From positions 19,724,125-19,788,124 of the forward strand of contig CAVNZM010000001.1 of assembly GCA_963693365.1 (NCBI GenBank): a stretch of DNA of 64,000 nucleotides. The letters run 5' to 3'. Below are positions 52,927 through 64,000 of the stretch, in pieces. Numbering within the stretch: the first letter of the stretch is position 1; every line of letters begins with the position of its first letter. Under the pieces are notes generated by a model, which worked only from the letters and a program-made list of their open reading frames with translations, did not search any database and had not been told where the DNA came from. Position numbers and translations under genes: made by a program. Origin of the DNA: Amoebidium appalachense (lineage: Eukaryota > Protista > Ichthyosporea).

Positions 52927-52980
<54 letters not shown>

Positions 52981-53755
52981 CACATAGAGGGAAAGAAACA
53001 CACATTTACAAGCATAGACACAGGCACAGGGACATGCACAGGCATAGGTATCGCCACGCGCGCGCGCACACACACACACACACACACGCACGCACACACA
53101 CACAAACACGTCCACGAACACAGGCCAAGACCCACACATGCTTCTCACTCACACCACCACACTGCTTGCATTCCCTGCCTCTCCTCATTTTCGTATATTA
53201 TGTGTATCTTAAGTTCTTGTTCTTGCTTCATCCATGCACCCCACCAGTCACACACTTGAATACTCGGTTGGTACATACGTGCAGACATAGGTACAAGCAC
53301 ACAACGCAACAACGTGCATGCACAAACATTCAAACATCCACTCAGCAACCTAAAAAAAATGAAAAAATGATTCAACGGGTGAATGAAAAGAAAACAAGGA
53401 ATTTTTCCCAGGCAAATGCACAGAAATATGTCCCGCCTTATCGAGAATACAGGGAACTTGGAACACGTTCGTGAATCCTACTTATTGACTTTCCCGTGTG
53501 CTTGTAATCTGACATATGTCCCTTGCAGGATTCGGTGTTTGGCGGGCCGGATAAGTGGGAGGGTCTGGGTATCTTTATCGACACTTTCGACAACAACCAG
53601 AAGGTGTGTTGGTTAGCTTCTGATACACAAAGACACGTAGGATGAACTTACGGACATATCAGACATAACAGACCCCCCCTCCCCCCCCCCCCCCCCCCCC
53701 CCACACACACACAAAAACACGCACTCGCACAAGCACACATGCTTTTGCGTGTGCG

Positions 53756-53817
<62 letters not shown>

Positions 53818-54268
53818 CACGAACGCACAAACACACACACGTACACACATGGAGAGACACACAGCCCCTCGGGTTGAAATCACCCGGTTTCTCGAGTCCT
53901 TTTTCTGGGAGGGGTGGGGGTGTAGGTAAATATAGTTGTAGATAGTTGGCTGCAAACGGTCGTTCCGAGTTGTTTCCATTTTGTCCACCCTCTCTCTTTG
54001 CATTCTTGTGATGGTTTTGTGGTTTTTCTTTTTATGTCTCCGCCCACCCCTCCCCCGGCCCTCCCTCACCCCCCCTAACCCCCCCTCACACCTCCCCCTT
54101 GTCGGGTATTTGGGCTTCCCGTCTTGGAAAAGAAAAAGGAAACCCTTTGCCTCCTCTTCAACACACACACCCATACACAGACTTGCGCACACCCACACAT
54201 TCACACTTCACACTTACAGACCGAAGCACATACCCCCCCTCCCTCCCCCCCCCCTCTCCCCTCCCCCC

Positions 54269-54302
<34 letters not shown>

Positions 54303-54674
54303 ACACACACACAGGGCGACAACCCCACGATCTACGGGATCATCAATGACGGCACGCAGGGCTACCACCACAACAATGACGGGGCAGACCAGACCCTGGG
54401 CAGCTGCCAGGCCCCAGTCAGGAACAGTCTGGCCCCCGTGCAGCTGCTGGTCACGTACAAGGACACAAAGCTGGAGGTGTGTGGGGGTGTGACACATAGC
54501 GTGTGTGCGCGCGCGGGCGGGTGGGTGGGTGGATGGGTGGGTGGGTGGGTGTGGGGAAGGGGGAGGGGGGGAGGAAGGAGGGCCCCGCCCGGGGAGGGGG
54601 GGGGGGGGGTAGGGGTGTGTGGGTAGGTGAGCGGGTGGGCGTATGTGTGGGTGTGGGTGTGCCTGTATGTGTTT

Positions 54675-54706
<32 letters not shown>

Positions 54707-54871
54707 TTTGTGTTTCTTTTTTCTCCCGGAAAGGGAAATCAAGAAGAGGTGAGCTGTCTGCTTTGACCCCCGTTTTTTTTATTTAAAATACACCATCGGC
54801 TGAGCCGTTATGCAAGACTGTCCCTCACATGCATTCCAGAGTAACTTTAATTGTTTACTCAGGACAACTAC

Positions 54872-54909
<38 letters not shown>

Positions 54910-55937
54910 TGGCCCCTCCCCCCCGAGTAAGTTTTTTTTTTTTTCCCCACCGCCTTCTCTGCATGGTGCTAAATAACCATATTTGGTCATATGTGGTCGA
55001 TTCTGATTGGGCCACATTCCCCTGCAGGTCAAGTATGACACCACGCGCACCAACAGCTACACCACATGCTTTACTGCCACTAATGTCCACCTGCCCCCCG
55101 GATACTTCTTTGGCGTCACGGCTGCCACGGGCGGTTTGGCAGGTATGTGGGTGCTGTGGTTGTGCTGTGTGCATCATGTGTGCTAGTGCTTGTGGATGTA
55201 CGCATTGAAGATGTGTGTATGTGGTGTGGCCTCTTTAGGTTTCTGTCTCTTTTCGTTTTGTTTAAATTTGTGCTGCGTGTGGGTGTGTCTGAGGGTGAGT
55301 ATGTTGTCGAGGAGAGTGTAAGTGCTCTGTGTCTGCAGTTTGGTACAATATCCCAGTGACTCCACTTCATCTGGCCTGTGAGAGCATGTATGGTCATGAT
55401 CTGGGGTGGTTTTATCGCTATAAACGGCAAAGAGAGATCCCCACACTTGGTTGGATTTTAAGGACCTTTGAATCTGCAAGCTGATCGGTTTAGAAGGTTT
55501 CGAGGCAGGCTGTATGGGGGTCTCTGTGGCTAAGCCAACCATTTCTCTAAATTAAGTTGTTCGTATTTCCTAATGTGATCGGGGGGATCCACGTCTACAG
55601 TGTTCATTGGTTAGGCACACTGGGCATGTGTGTGCAACTGTGCCCTTGTGTGTGTTATGGCAAGGTCTTTGTGCACACATGTTTGGCTTGTGCACAATTG
55701 GGTGTTTGCCTGTGTTTGTTTCTTCTTGTTGTTGGATTTGTTGTGTGTGTGTGTGTGTGTGTTGGGAAGGGGGGGGGGGGGGGGGGGGAGGGGGGGGTTG
55801 ATTTGCATGGTGCCTTGCTGCATTGCAACCCTCCCCCCACCCCCCACCCCCCACCCACCCACCCACCCACCCACCCACCCACCCACCCACCCACCCACCC
55901 ACCCACCCAGCCACCACCAACACGACTTCCACAAACG

Positions 55938-56007
<70 letters not shown>

Positions 56008-58088
56008 GTTCCCCAAGTATGGGTGCTGCCTACACCTGTGCCTTTGTAGATGCATTCCCGTGTACATTGTTATGTGCAATGCTTGGTGTTCGATTGTTCG
56101 TGTGTTTTGTGCTGTCTTTAATTTAATCCTCCCCCCCCCCCATCCCCTCTCCCCACCCCCCTTCCCCCCACCCCCCCCCCCCCCCCCCCCTTCCCCCTTT
56201 CCGTCTACTGCTGGCTCACCCACCCCACCACCACTTCTCTCAGACGACCACGATTTGATCAAGTTTGAGACATTCAACCTAGCCCCTTCGAGAGAGCACC
56301 ACCAGGTAATCTCCCCCTCTCCCCCCCCCCCCCCCTTCTCCCCCCACCCACCCACCCACCCACCCACACCCACCCACACCCACCCACCCGGAAAAAAAAA
56401 CAAAAGAAAAAAAAACAAAACCGAAACAGCACCCCCACTCCCCCCACCCCAAAACACACACACATTCACATTCACAGGCACACACGGGCACATGCACACA
56501 CGGACGAAGACGTGCAGGCATGCACGCACGTGTGCGTGCTTCCTTTTTTTTTTTTTTTTTTTTTTTTTGGGGGGGGGGGGGGGGGGTCTATACCTCCTAA
56601 TTTTTCTGTACGGCACTGATGCCTGTGTTCCCAACAGACGGACGTGATCATCGACGAGCACGAGCAACTGTCGGACGAAGAGCTCAGGCGATTGGAGGAG
56701 GTGGGGATGGGCTTGTTTCTGTTTGTTTGTTTGTTTCTTTGTGTTTTTGTTTTTTCCCTAGTATTTTGTTTGTGTGTGTGTGCGTGCGTCGGGAGATGCA
56801 ATTTAACCAGTGCACGTGCCCGTCATGTCTGAAAGCGAAACACTTGTAATGTTCAACACATGTTCGCATATTGCACACACCTGGATTGTGGCCCGTATCT
56901 GGTATATTCTACCTTGTCAACTACATTTTCAGCCCGCACATTTGGCATTTCTTTCTATTATCCATGTCTCTTCTTGCTATTATTAAATTACTTGCATACT
57001 GACATACCTTACACAATCAATATATCTCACGTCTATCTCCCCCCACAGGATTTCAAGCGGCAGCAGATGGCCATGGGCAAGAGTCAGGCCATGTACCAGG
57101 AGAAGCATGCCGATGAGCTTGAGAAGCAGCGGAACCTGGAGGATGACCACCCAGTGGGTGTGGGCGTATACGATGTCGAGCAGGTGTGCTTTAAGTGTTG
57201 AAATGGTGGTTTGGGATGGGTGTGCTTTAATTCTTTGCACGGTGGATTGTGCGAGTGTGCTTGAAGTGTTGAAATGGTGGTTTGGGATGGGTGTGCTTTA
57301 AGTGTTGAAATGGTGGTTTGGGATGGGTGTGCTTTAAGTGTTGAAATGGTGGTTTGGGATGGGTGTGCTTTAATTCTTTGCACGGTGGATTGTGCGAGTG
57401 TGCTTGAAGTGTTTGCACCTTAGATTGGGCAGGTGTGTGTTGAGTGTTTGCACCTTAGATTGGGCAGGTGTGTGTTGAGTGTTTGCACCTTAGATTGGGC
57501 AGGTGTGTGTTGAGTGTTTGCACCTTAGATTGGGCAGGTGTGTGTTGAGTGTTTGCACGGTGAAAGGGGTTGGGCATAAAAGAAGAGCACTTGCGGGGTT
57601 GGTTAGCGGTCAGAATTGGGTGTCCTTCGCTGGGTTTCATTTCGCGGTACCTCTGAAAGTGCCGAGCCAAGTATGTAGGTTTCTTTTATTTTATTTTATT
57701 TTATTTTTTTTTTTTGGGGGGGGGGGGAGGGGGGGTTTCAAGGAAGGTTGGGGGGGGGGGGGGGGGGGGGGATGTTTCTGTGACGCAAAGTGTATGTAGG
57801 GTGCCTCAGGGCAACTGGGTTTTTGAGAACAACAAATCCTTCGAAGACTTATTTTGAATGCATGGACCTTCCAGGTCTTGCCACTGTGTTCCTAGGCCCA
57901 ATGTGGTTACGGTTACCGCTCAGTCAGCCAGTGTGTCCGCTATTGGCTGTTGCATTTTAAGTAGTTTTAACCGTGGGTGCTGGTTGGCTGGCTAGGTGCT
58001 GGAGCTGCAGAGGCATCTGAGCAGGCAGGTGGAGGAGAGCTTCATGGCCGTCAATCGCAGGATCGAAGAAATCGTGCTTAAGTAGGAT

Positions 58089-58119
<31 letters not shown>

Positions 58120-59082
58120 CCGCCCCACAAACACATACACACACAAACACACACATAACACACAACACCTTCTCTTTCCAATCTTCGTGTCCGAGAAGGC
58201 GTATTGGTACCCGGCGGTGTGGGTCGAGTCACTTCCTTATTCTCTGGTCATTAATTATGAGGACATCATGACTTGGTTCCTTTCAGCAGGGACGGTACGC
58301 TAGCCAGGAAAGCATAGCATTATGTAGCAACCGAGAGCCTCGCCAGACACCCCATCTCACATGTATATAATGAATATTGCCTCGTTCATACAGCCCGCAA
58401 CCTTAACCCCCGTCACTTCTCAGCACATCTGTGTTTTGCTCTCTGCTCACATATGTTGCATTCCTCATTACTGATCAACACGGGTGTCAACCCACGCTCA
58501 AGTGAGGTGTTGGGTGAGTTGGGCCTCACACACGATACGAATGGGTTAGAATTCGGGTACTATAGATGACTTGGGCCGGCCCGGAGGATGGGGGCTATAC
58601 AAACTGCACACTCAGCACAGGTGTCCTTGTTTGTACATCTATCAGCATCACATTATCCATTGTGAATTCGTACCTATTTGCTGTATTTCATGCAAAGTGC
58701 CGACCCTACCTTGCCCTTCTCCACGTATGGGTTGAAACAGGACAAGGACATGAAATCACAACTCAAGATACTTTTTTTTTTCTTGTCTCCTTGACTGCTT
58801 CTGCTTGCCTTCCCCTCCCCCCCCCAACCCACCACCAACAAAAAAAAAAAAAAAAAAAAAAACCTCTTGAGGATGTGCTTTAATAGGTTGCTTCCTTGTT
58901 CATTCGACCTTTCACGTGGTAGCATTTGTGAACCTGGCACCATTGACCAAAGCAGAAATGTCTATCGCGACTTTTCATTCCAGTATCAGAATTTTTTTTT
59001 TTTTTTTTTTTTTTTTTGTGGTTGTGTGTGTGGGGTGTGTGTGTGTGTGTTGGTGGTGGTGGTGGTGTGTGTGTGTGTTTGT

Positions 59083-59118
<36 letters not shown>

Positions 59119-61706
59119 CTGCTAAATGAGGAATGGTCACTGACCACATTCACGTGCAGCTTCCAGCAGTCGTTCGACGACCTCACAAGGAGCCAGCCTC
59201 AGTACGTGACCACTACTCCCCCTCCCCCCCCCCCCCCCCCCCCCCCCCCCAAACACACACACACACACACCCCACACACACAGGGGGGGGGGGGGGGGGG
59301 GGGGGAGAGAGAGAGAGAAAGAGATAGAAGGAGGCAGGGAGAGAGAGAGTGGGGAGGGGGGGGAAGGGGGGGAGGAAGAGTGAGAGAGATGCACCCACAC
59401 ACACACACACACACGCACAGACACACACACACACGTCTCACATGCTATTTTGCAGTGGGGGTGAGAACAGTGCAGCCAACCTGCTGCCGACCATCGACGG
59501 TCTTCTGAAGCAGCTGCAGCACATGGACACCCGCCTGCAGGATGCTGAGAGCAGGCTGCAGGTATGTCTGTGTGTGCATGGATGGGGACATGTGTGTGGG
59601 TAGGGGTTGAGGTGGTCGGTGGGATGTGTTGGCCTTGCCTCTCCTTCTTTTCATGTTTTTTGTTGTTGTTTTGTTGTTGTGTTTTATCGTTTGGTTGGGG
59701 GTGGGTAGGCTGGTTTTCTTTTGTGTTTTTTTTCCCGGATGAGTGGGTGGGTGGGTGGGTGGATGGGTGACGTCGGGGGGGGGGGGGGCATCCAGCGTTA
59801 ACCCTTAGCCGATCTCCGATGCACTTTTGCATCAGGTTCAAAAATTAATTCATCGGTGACCATTGAAATTAAATAGCGCCTGTGGCAAAATAGCCATACC
59901 GCCAGGAATTTTTGCCTAATTTATTATATTCTTTGTTTTTGCTCTCTCAGTCGCAGTGCATGCCAGTGGTGCGCAACTAAAAATAGACTGTAACCTTTTT
60001 TGTTTATTGAAAGTAATTTGCAATTGGTGCATCAAGGTTCACATCCTACCATTGGCTCTTCAAAGAGCTGGAATCTGCAACTATAACCATACAAGTCCAT
60101 AAGCATGAAAATCAAGGTAAAATGACGTCATGAATTTAATGTCGTAGTTTGATCAACAATCAGGTCAGTAGCGGGTCCTTTGTAGCCCGGGCCCGGTATC
60201 AAGTGTCAAACCGAATCGAAAGGCGGCTTCAGCAATAAAATGAATCCACCAATCATCGGCTATTTTCCGTTTTTGAGTTTATCGTTTATTGCAGTTTACA
60301 TCAACCAATCGCAATACCGTGGGTACCAATGCTTTATCATAGCCATATATGGTATAATACTATTTTAGCACACTAATTTAAGCACGCGCTCCACTCCACT
60401 TGCATATTCTTATTTAATTTATTCTTATTTAATTATGTTTTCTACTTTCGAAAGACACCAAGAACACCGGGGTTGACTATATTTTTCTGTTTCTCGTGGG
60501 TGTTATGTCAAACCGTGTCCATATTTTCATCGAGCGGCTCCCAAATTTTCGAAGGCTGGCGGCACGAGGATACCCGGGATTCATGGATTCCAACCCTGAA
60601 ATCGATCGGCTGATAAGTGATTCAATCCGATTTGCTGAGACTTTTACGGGGATTCATATTACGTAACTCTCTTGAAAGAAACCCCACCGCGGCCAGCCAA
60701 ATCGACACAATTCACGTGTTCATAACACGTGCGGATTTATAGGAAAACGCCGCTTTTTTTATGGCACACAAATAAAGACAAATATACATGTGCTTGATGC
60801 AATTTCGTCCACTGGGACCGCTTTTGATGATTTTTTTCCATTTTTGAAAACTGGTCGATTTTGGCTTCCGGGCGATCGGCTCAGGGTTTAACCTGACATG
60901 TGGTGTGTGGGGCAGTGGGAGCAGCTGTCGGTGCAGGAGGAGCTCAAAGCAGTGGTGAGGGAGGACATAGGCAAGCTGCACCATGACGTCACAAGCACGT
61001 GGTCATGGTCCGCCCTGTTCCTCTATCTGATTGCCGCAAACGTATGATCCCCCCTCCACCTCCCCCACCCCCTCCCCTGCCCGCTCGCCGCCTGCGCGGC
61101 TTTGCACTTACCCTCAGTCCCTATGTTCCCATTTCCACCCTCCGCGCAAATGCAAGTAAAAGAACGGTACAGACACAGTGAGAGGGGGCTAGGCAGACAG
61201 ACACACACGTAAACACAAAACGACCACACCCACAGAAATACATACAGAGACTAACGTGTATGCACATAAGCACACATACGTAGACAGCACTCACATTCAA
61301 ACATGCACAGCCAAGTGTATAACAGGAGCATACATCACACATACGAGTCAAGCGTGCTGAGTGAGTTATGTTGTGCAGATTATGACATTGTTTCTTGGTT
61401 TGGTTGCTCATTCATTAGCAGAGGAGGGCCAAATGGAATGGCATGACAGGTGGTGTGATCTGCGATCAAAACCTTGGCTTTTCGAAAGGTATCTGGCTGG
61501 TCAGGGGCGGTTAGATTAATCAAAATGGCACATGTATTTCGTGTGTGTGCTGTAGATGAAGCTTTTTTCAAGTCACTTATATGGCTGTTTGCACTGACAG
61601 ACACTTAGGCCCTTACTAATATCATGGGTGGGGCATGCAGGCTGTGTTTTTCGTCTGCTACCTTATATGGAAGCGGAAGGTGGACGAGGAGAAGAAATTC
61701 AGCTGA
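50659..61706 (+). CDS. LMAN1: ERGIC-53/LMAN1-type L-lectin cargo receptor, 14 exons
   Basis: Exons 50659-50809, 51697-51758, 52703-52825, 53529-53603, 54315-54476, 55028-55142, 56244-56305, 56638-56700, 57049-57183, 57996-58081, 59160-59201, 59456-59561, 60916-61041, 61641-61706. Features: signal peptide, [55 protein letters not shown], a coiled-coil stalk, a TM helix and C-terminal KKFS* (KKxx). Confidence 0.9.
57184..57558 (+). repeat. Compound 35-36-bp minisatellite starting at the LMAN1 exon 9 donor
   Basis: Units A gtgtgctttaagtgttgaaatggtggtttgggatgg, B gtgtgctttaattctttgcacggtggattgtgcga, C gtgtgtgttgagtgtttgcaccttagattgggcag, in the order A B A A A B C C C C. Confidence 0.9.
59802..60886. 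mobile_element. piggyBac-like non-autonomous DNA transposon (about 1.1 kb) in LMAN1 intron 12
   Basis: TTAA|CCCTTAGCCGATC ... GATCGGCTCAGGG|TTTAA: 13-bp TIRs with one mismatch, CCC/GGG termini and TTAA-type flanks. The interior is AT-rich, microsatellite-free and has no transposase ORF. Confidence 0.8.
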
Positions 61707-62920
61707 TGCCTTGCATCCTAATGGTGATATGACCCGGAGCAGATATACAAGTTTGAATATTGAATATTTTCTTGCAGTGCACAGGAGGAAATGTCCATAC
61801 AGAGAGTTCACATGGTCATTCTGACGTGGAAAACTCTGTTGGGTTACAGTATCATCCAATCACTTTTCTTAATTAAAATTTGCTTCATTGATGAGAGAGA
61901 ATCTTTCAGGTGAAAATCACAAATATGCAGTAGATATATGGACACTCAACTCCAGGGCATGCCATTCTTTGTAGTGGTGTGGCAGGGCTGCAAATATACT
62001 GAGGACCCACCGTGCAGGTCATGGGGGCTCATTATTGCTACTGTCTGGTGCTGGCAACCAGGCAGGAAAATAAATATATATGTTGTGTGTGTGTGTGCTC
62101 TATATTCTTTTTTTTGTTTACTTTTATCTTAAGGGCTTGGGGTGGCCCGAGGGGGAAGGGGGGGCAGGGAGGGGAGGAGGGGTCCGATCATACTCTCGCT
62201 ATCTCTCACTCTTTTCTTTTTTTTTTGGCTTTCAGATTAATAAATAACACTATCAGGCAGGAAAATAAATATAGGACATCCGCATATGACCCCTAAAACA
62301 ACAGGCAGGCCTAGGGAAATAATTATTAGTTGCTTATTTGCTGTAATTGTATTTATAAAACAAAAAAAAAAGTAGGGATATTGGCCTCCTCTTATTACCT
62401 ATATGCATATTATTAACACCACCACCACACAACGTGCTCTAATACGTACATATTAATTTCTGGCCGGCACACGCACACAGGCCAAACACAGGCACAGATA
62501 CTGTACGCACGAGCATGAATGCCAATAAACACGTGCCTGACAGCACATGCATGTGCACATACATGTACATGCGCACGGGTGCGCACTCACAAGTACGCAT
62601 GCCATGCGCACGGGCACGAAGTGTTATAATGTTTCATTATCATTACTATGATTACTATTTTTTTTTGTGGGTGGTGGTGTGAAGTAGCTACATAGAAGCA
62701 TAGACCTCGAGGTCTAAGAATTCGAAGGGGCCCTCGATCTGCTGCAGGCATCATTTTATTGTAAGATGGACCTTGTACACCATGTATATACATATAAATG
62801 TTGACTTTGATCATAGCAAACTCCATAGCACACTGTTGAAGAGCTCAGATCATAACGGCTCAGCTGCAGCATTCATATATAACAATGAGTCATCTCGAGT
62901 CATTGGTACAGGCCAACACA

Positions 62921-62958
<38 letters not shown>

Positions 62959-63089
62959 AGAGGATGTGTTTCTGTGTGTTACCATCACAGTACACACAGA
63001 CACCGCAGCCTACACTTGCCGCCATGGCATGGCTGCTTCAATTAATCACCACATACATTAGTGTCTAAAGCCACATACTTCGTGTGCAA

Positions 63090-63283
63090 TGTGCAATTTC
63101 AAGACTATCTCCCACTATCTCAATCTCAGTATATCTAGGACTCTGCCATGGCAGACGGGCCGCTCATGCTCAGCTAGTGCACATGTGCAATTTCACGACT
63201 ATCTCCTGCATATCTCAATTTAAGTTTGTCTATGACGTAGCCGTGGCAGGAGGGGGGCTCATACTCAGGCCAGCTCGTGCACC
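63090..63283. repeat. Imperfect about 95-bp tandem duplication
   Basis: tgtgcaatttcaagactatctcc...ggcag...gctcatgctcag...gtgcac followed by tgtgcaatttcacgactatctcc...ggcag...gctcatactcag...gtgcac. Confidence 0.75.
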
Positions 63284-63632
63284 ATCTGCTCCAGCCCTCC
63301 AGGATTTGCTCCCCGCATTTCTCGCAACTGCAAATTGGGAGGAACCCCCAGGTAAGTCTAGGATCCAGTCCCATCCCCCCCCCCCCCCTCCTCCTTCAAA
63401 CACACACACGCACACGAACGTACACGCACACACGCACAACACACGCTAGCGTGCAGGCACGTACACAGGCACACTTGCATGTACACACGCACACACATAA
63501 CATAGTGAAAAAAGGTCACCTTCAAGAACCTTCAGTAGAGCACATTTTATCGTACTTTGTCATACACCGGTATTCACATGCGCCAACAGCCCCCCCCCCC
63601 CCCCCCCCCCCCCCCTTCCCCCCCCCCACCTC

Positions 63633-63704
<72 letters not shown>

Positions 63705-64000
63705 CACCACCACCACCACCCAGAGCCGCGCCCTGACACACGAAGGAATAATTCCCCTTTTGCTGCCCCAGTTTGCTCCCCCCGGCCTGGTGGCTGCCTC
63801 ACCCTGCCCGTACCCGGACCAACCCCCTCCCCCCCCCCCCCCCCCTCCTCCCCCCCCCCCCCCCCCCCCCACCTCTCCGCACCTGGAACAAACGTTAAAC
63901 TCTTCCCATCACCCCCCTCTAATTGCTGCCCCCCGACCCTGCTAGCCTGCGACTCCTCTTAACCCTGCCCGTATCGTTAACAAAACTTAACCCTCTTACT

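Noticed and set aside
58207-58560. Possible small TIR element (gtacccg...cgggtac) in LMAN1 intron 10
   Set aside because: Only a 7-bp inverted match, which is compatible with chance.
62587-63374. Short ORFs near the window end
   Set aside because: No recognisable domains. They overlap a tandem duplication and cannot be assembled into a gene within the window.

Overview
Eukaryotic, intron-rich genomic DNA saturated with (CA)n/(TG)n, (GA)n and poly-C/poly-G tracts. Most ORFs in the supplied track are artefacts of these repeats. The style would fit a unicellular holozoan such as an ichthyosporean, but that is only an inference. Manual splicing recovers eight protein genes: a 16-exon (6-4) photolyase/cryptochrome (-) head-to-head with mitochondrial-type uS17 (+); a two-exon divergent KDM4/5-type JmjN-JmjC gene (+); NDUFA13/GRIM-19 (+); a DUF2062 membrane protein (+); an unknown acidic 5xCxxC protein (-); an intronless fusion of USP7 UBL1-2 to a SPOP-type BTB domain (-); and, head-to-head with it, an ERGIC-53/LMAN1-type lectin (+). 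Mobile DNA comprises a hAT-type MITE with a perfect 8-bp TSD, a piggyBac-like non-autonomous element, a probable solo LTR and a fold-back at the window start. The top candidate for a new system is the USP7-UBL-BTB fusion, a possible Cullin-3 adaptor that could degrade USP7 clients. Also notable are 3' splice sites without polypyrimidine tracts and minisatellites that multiply 5' splice sites. All domain calls come from motif recognition by eye; no searches were run.
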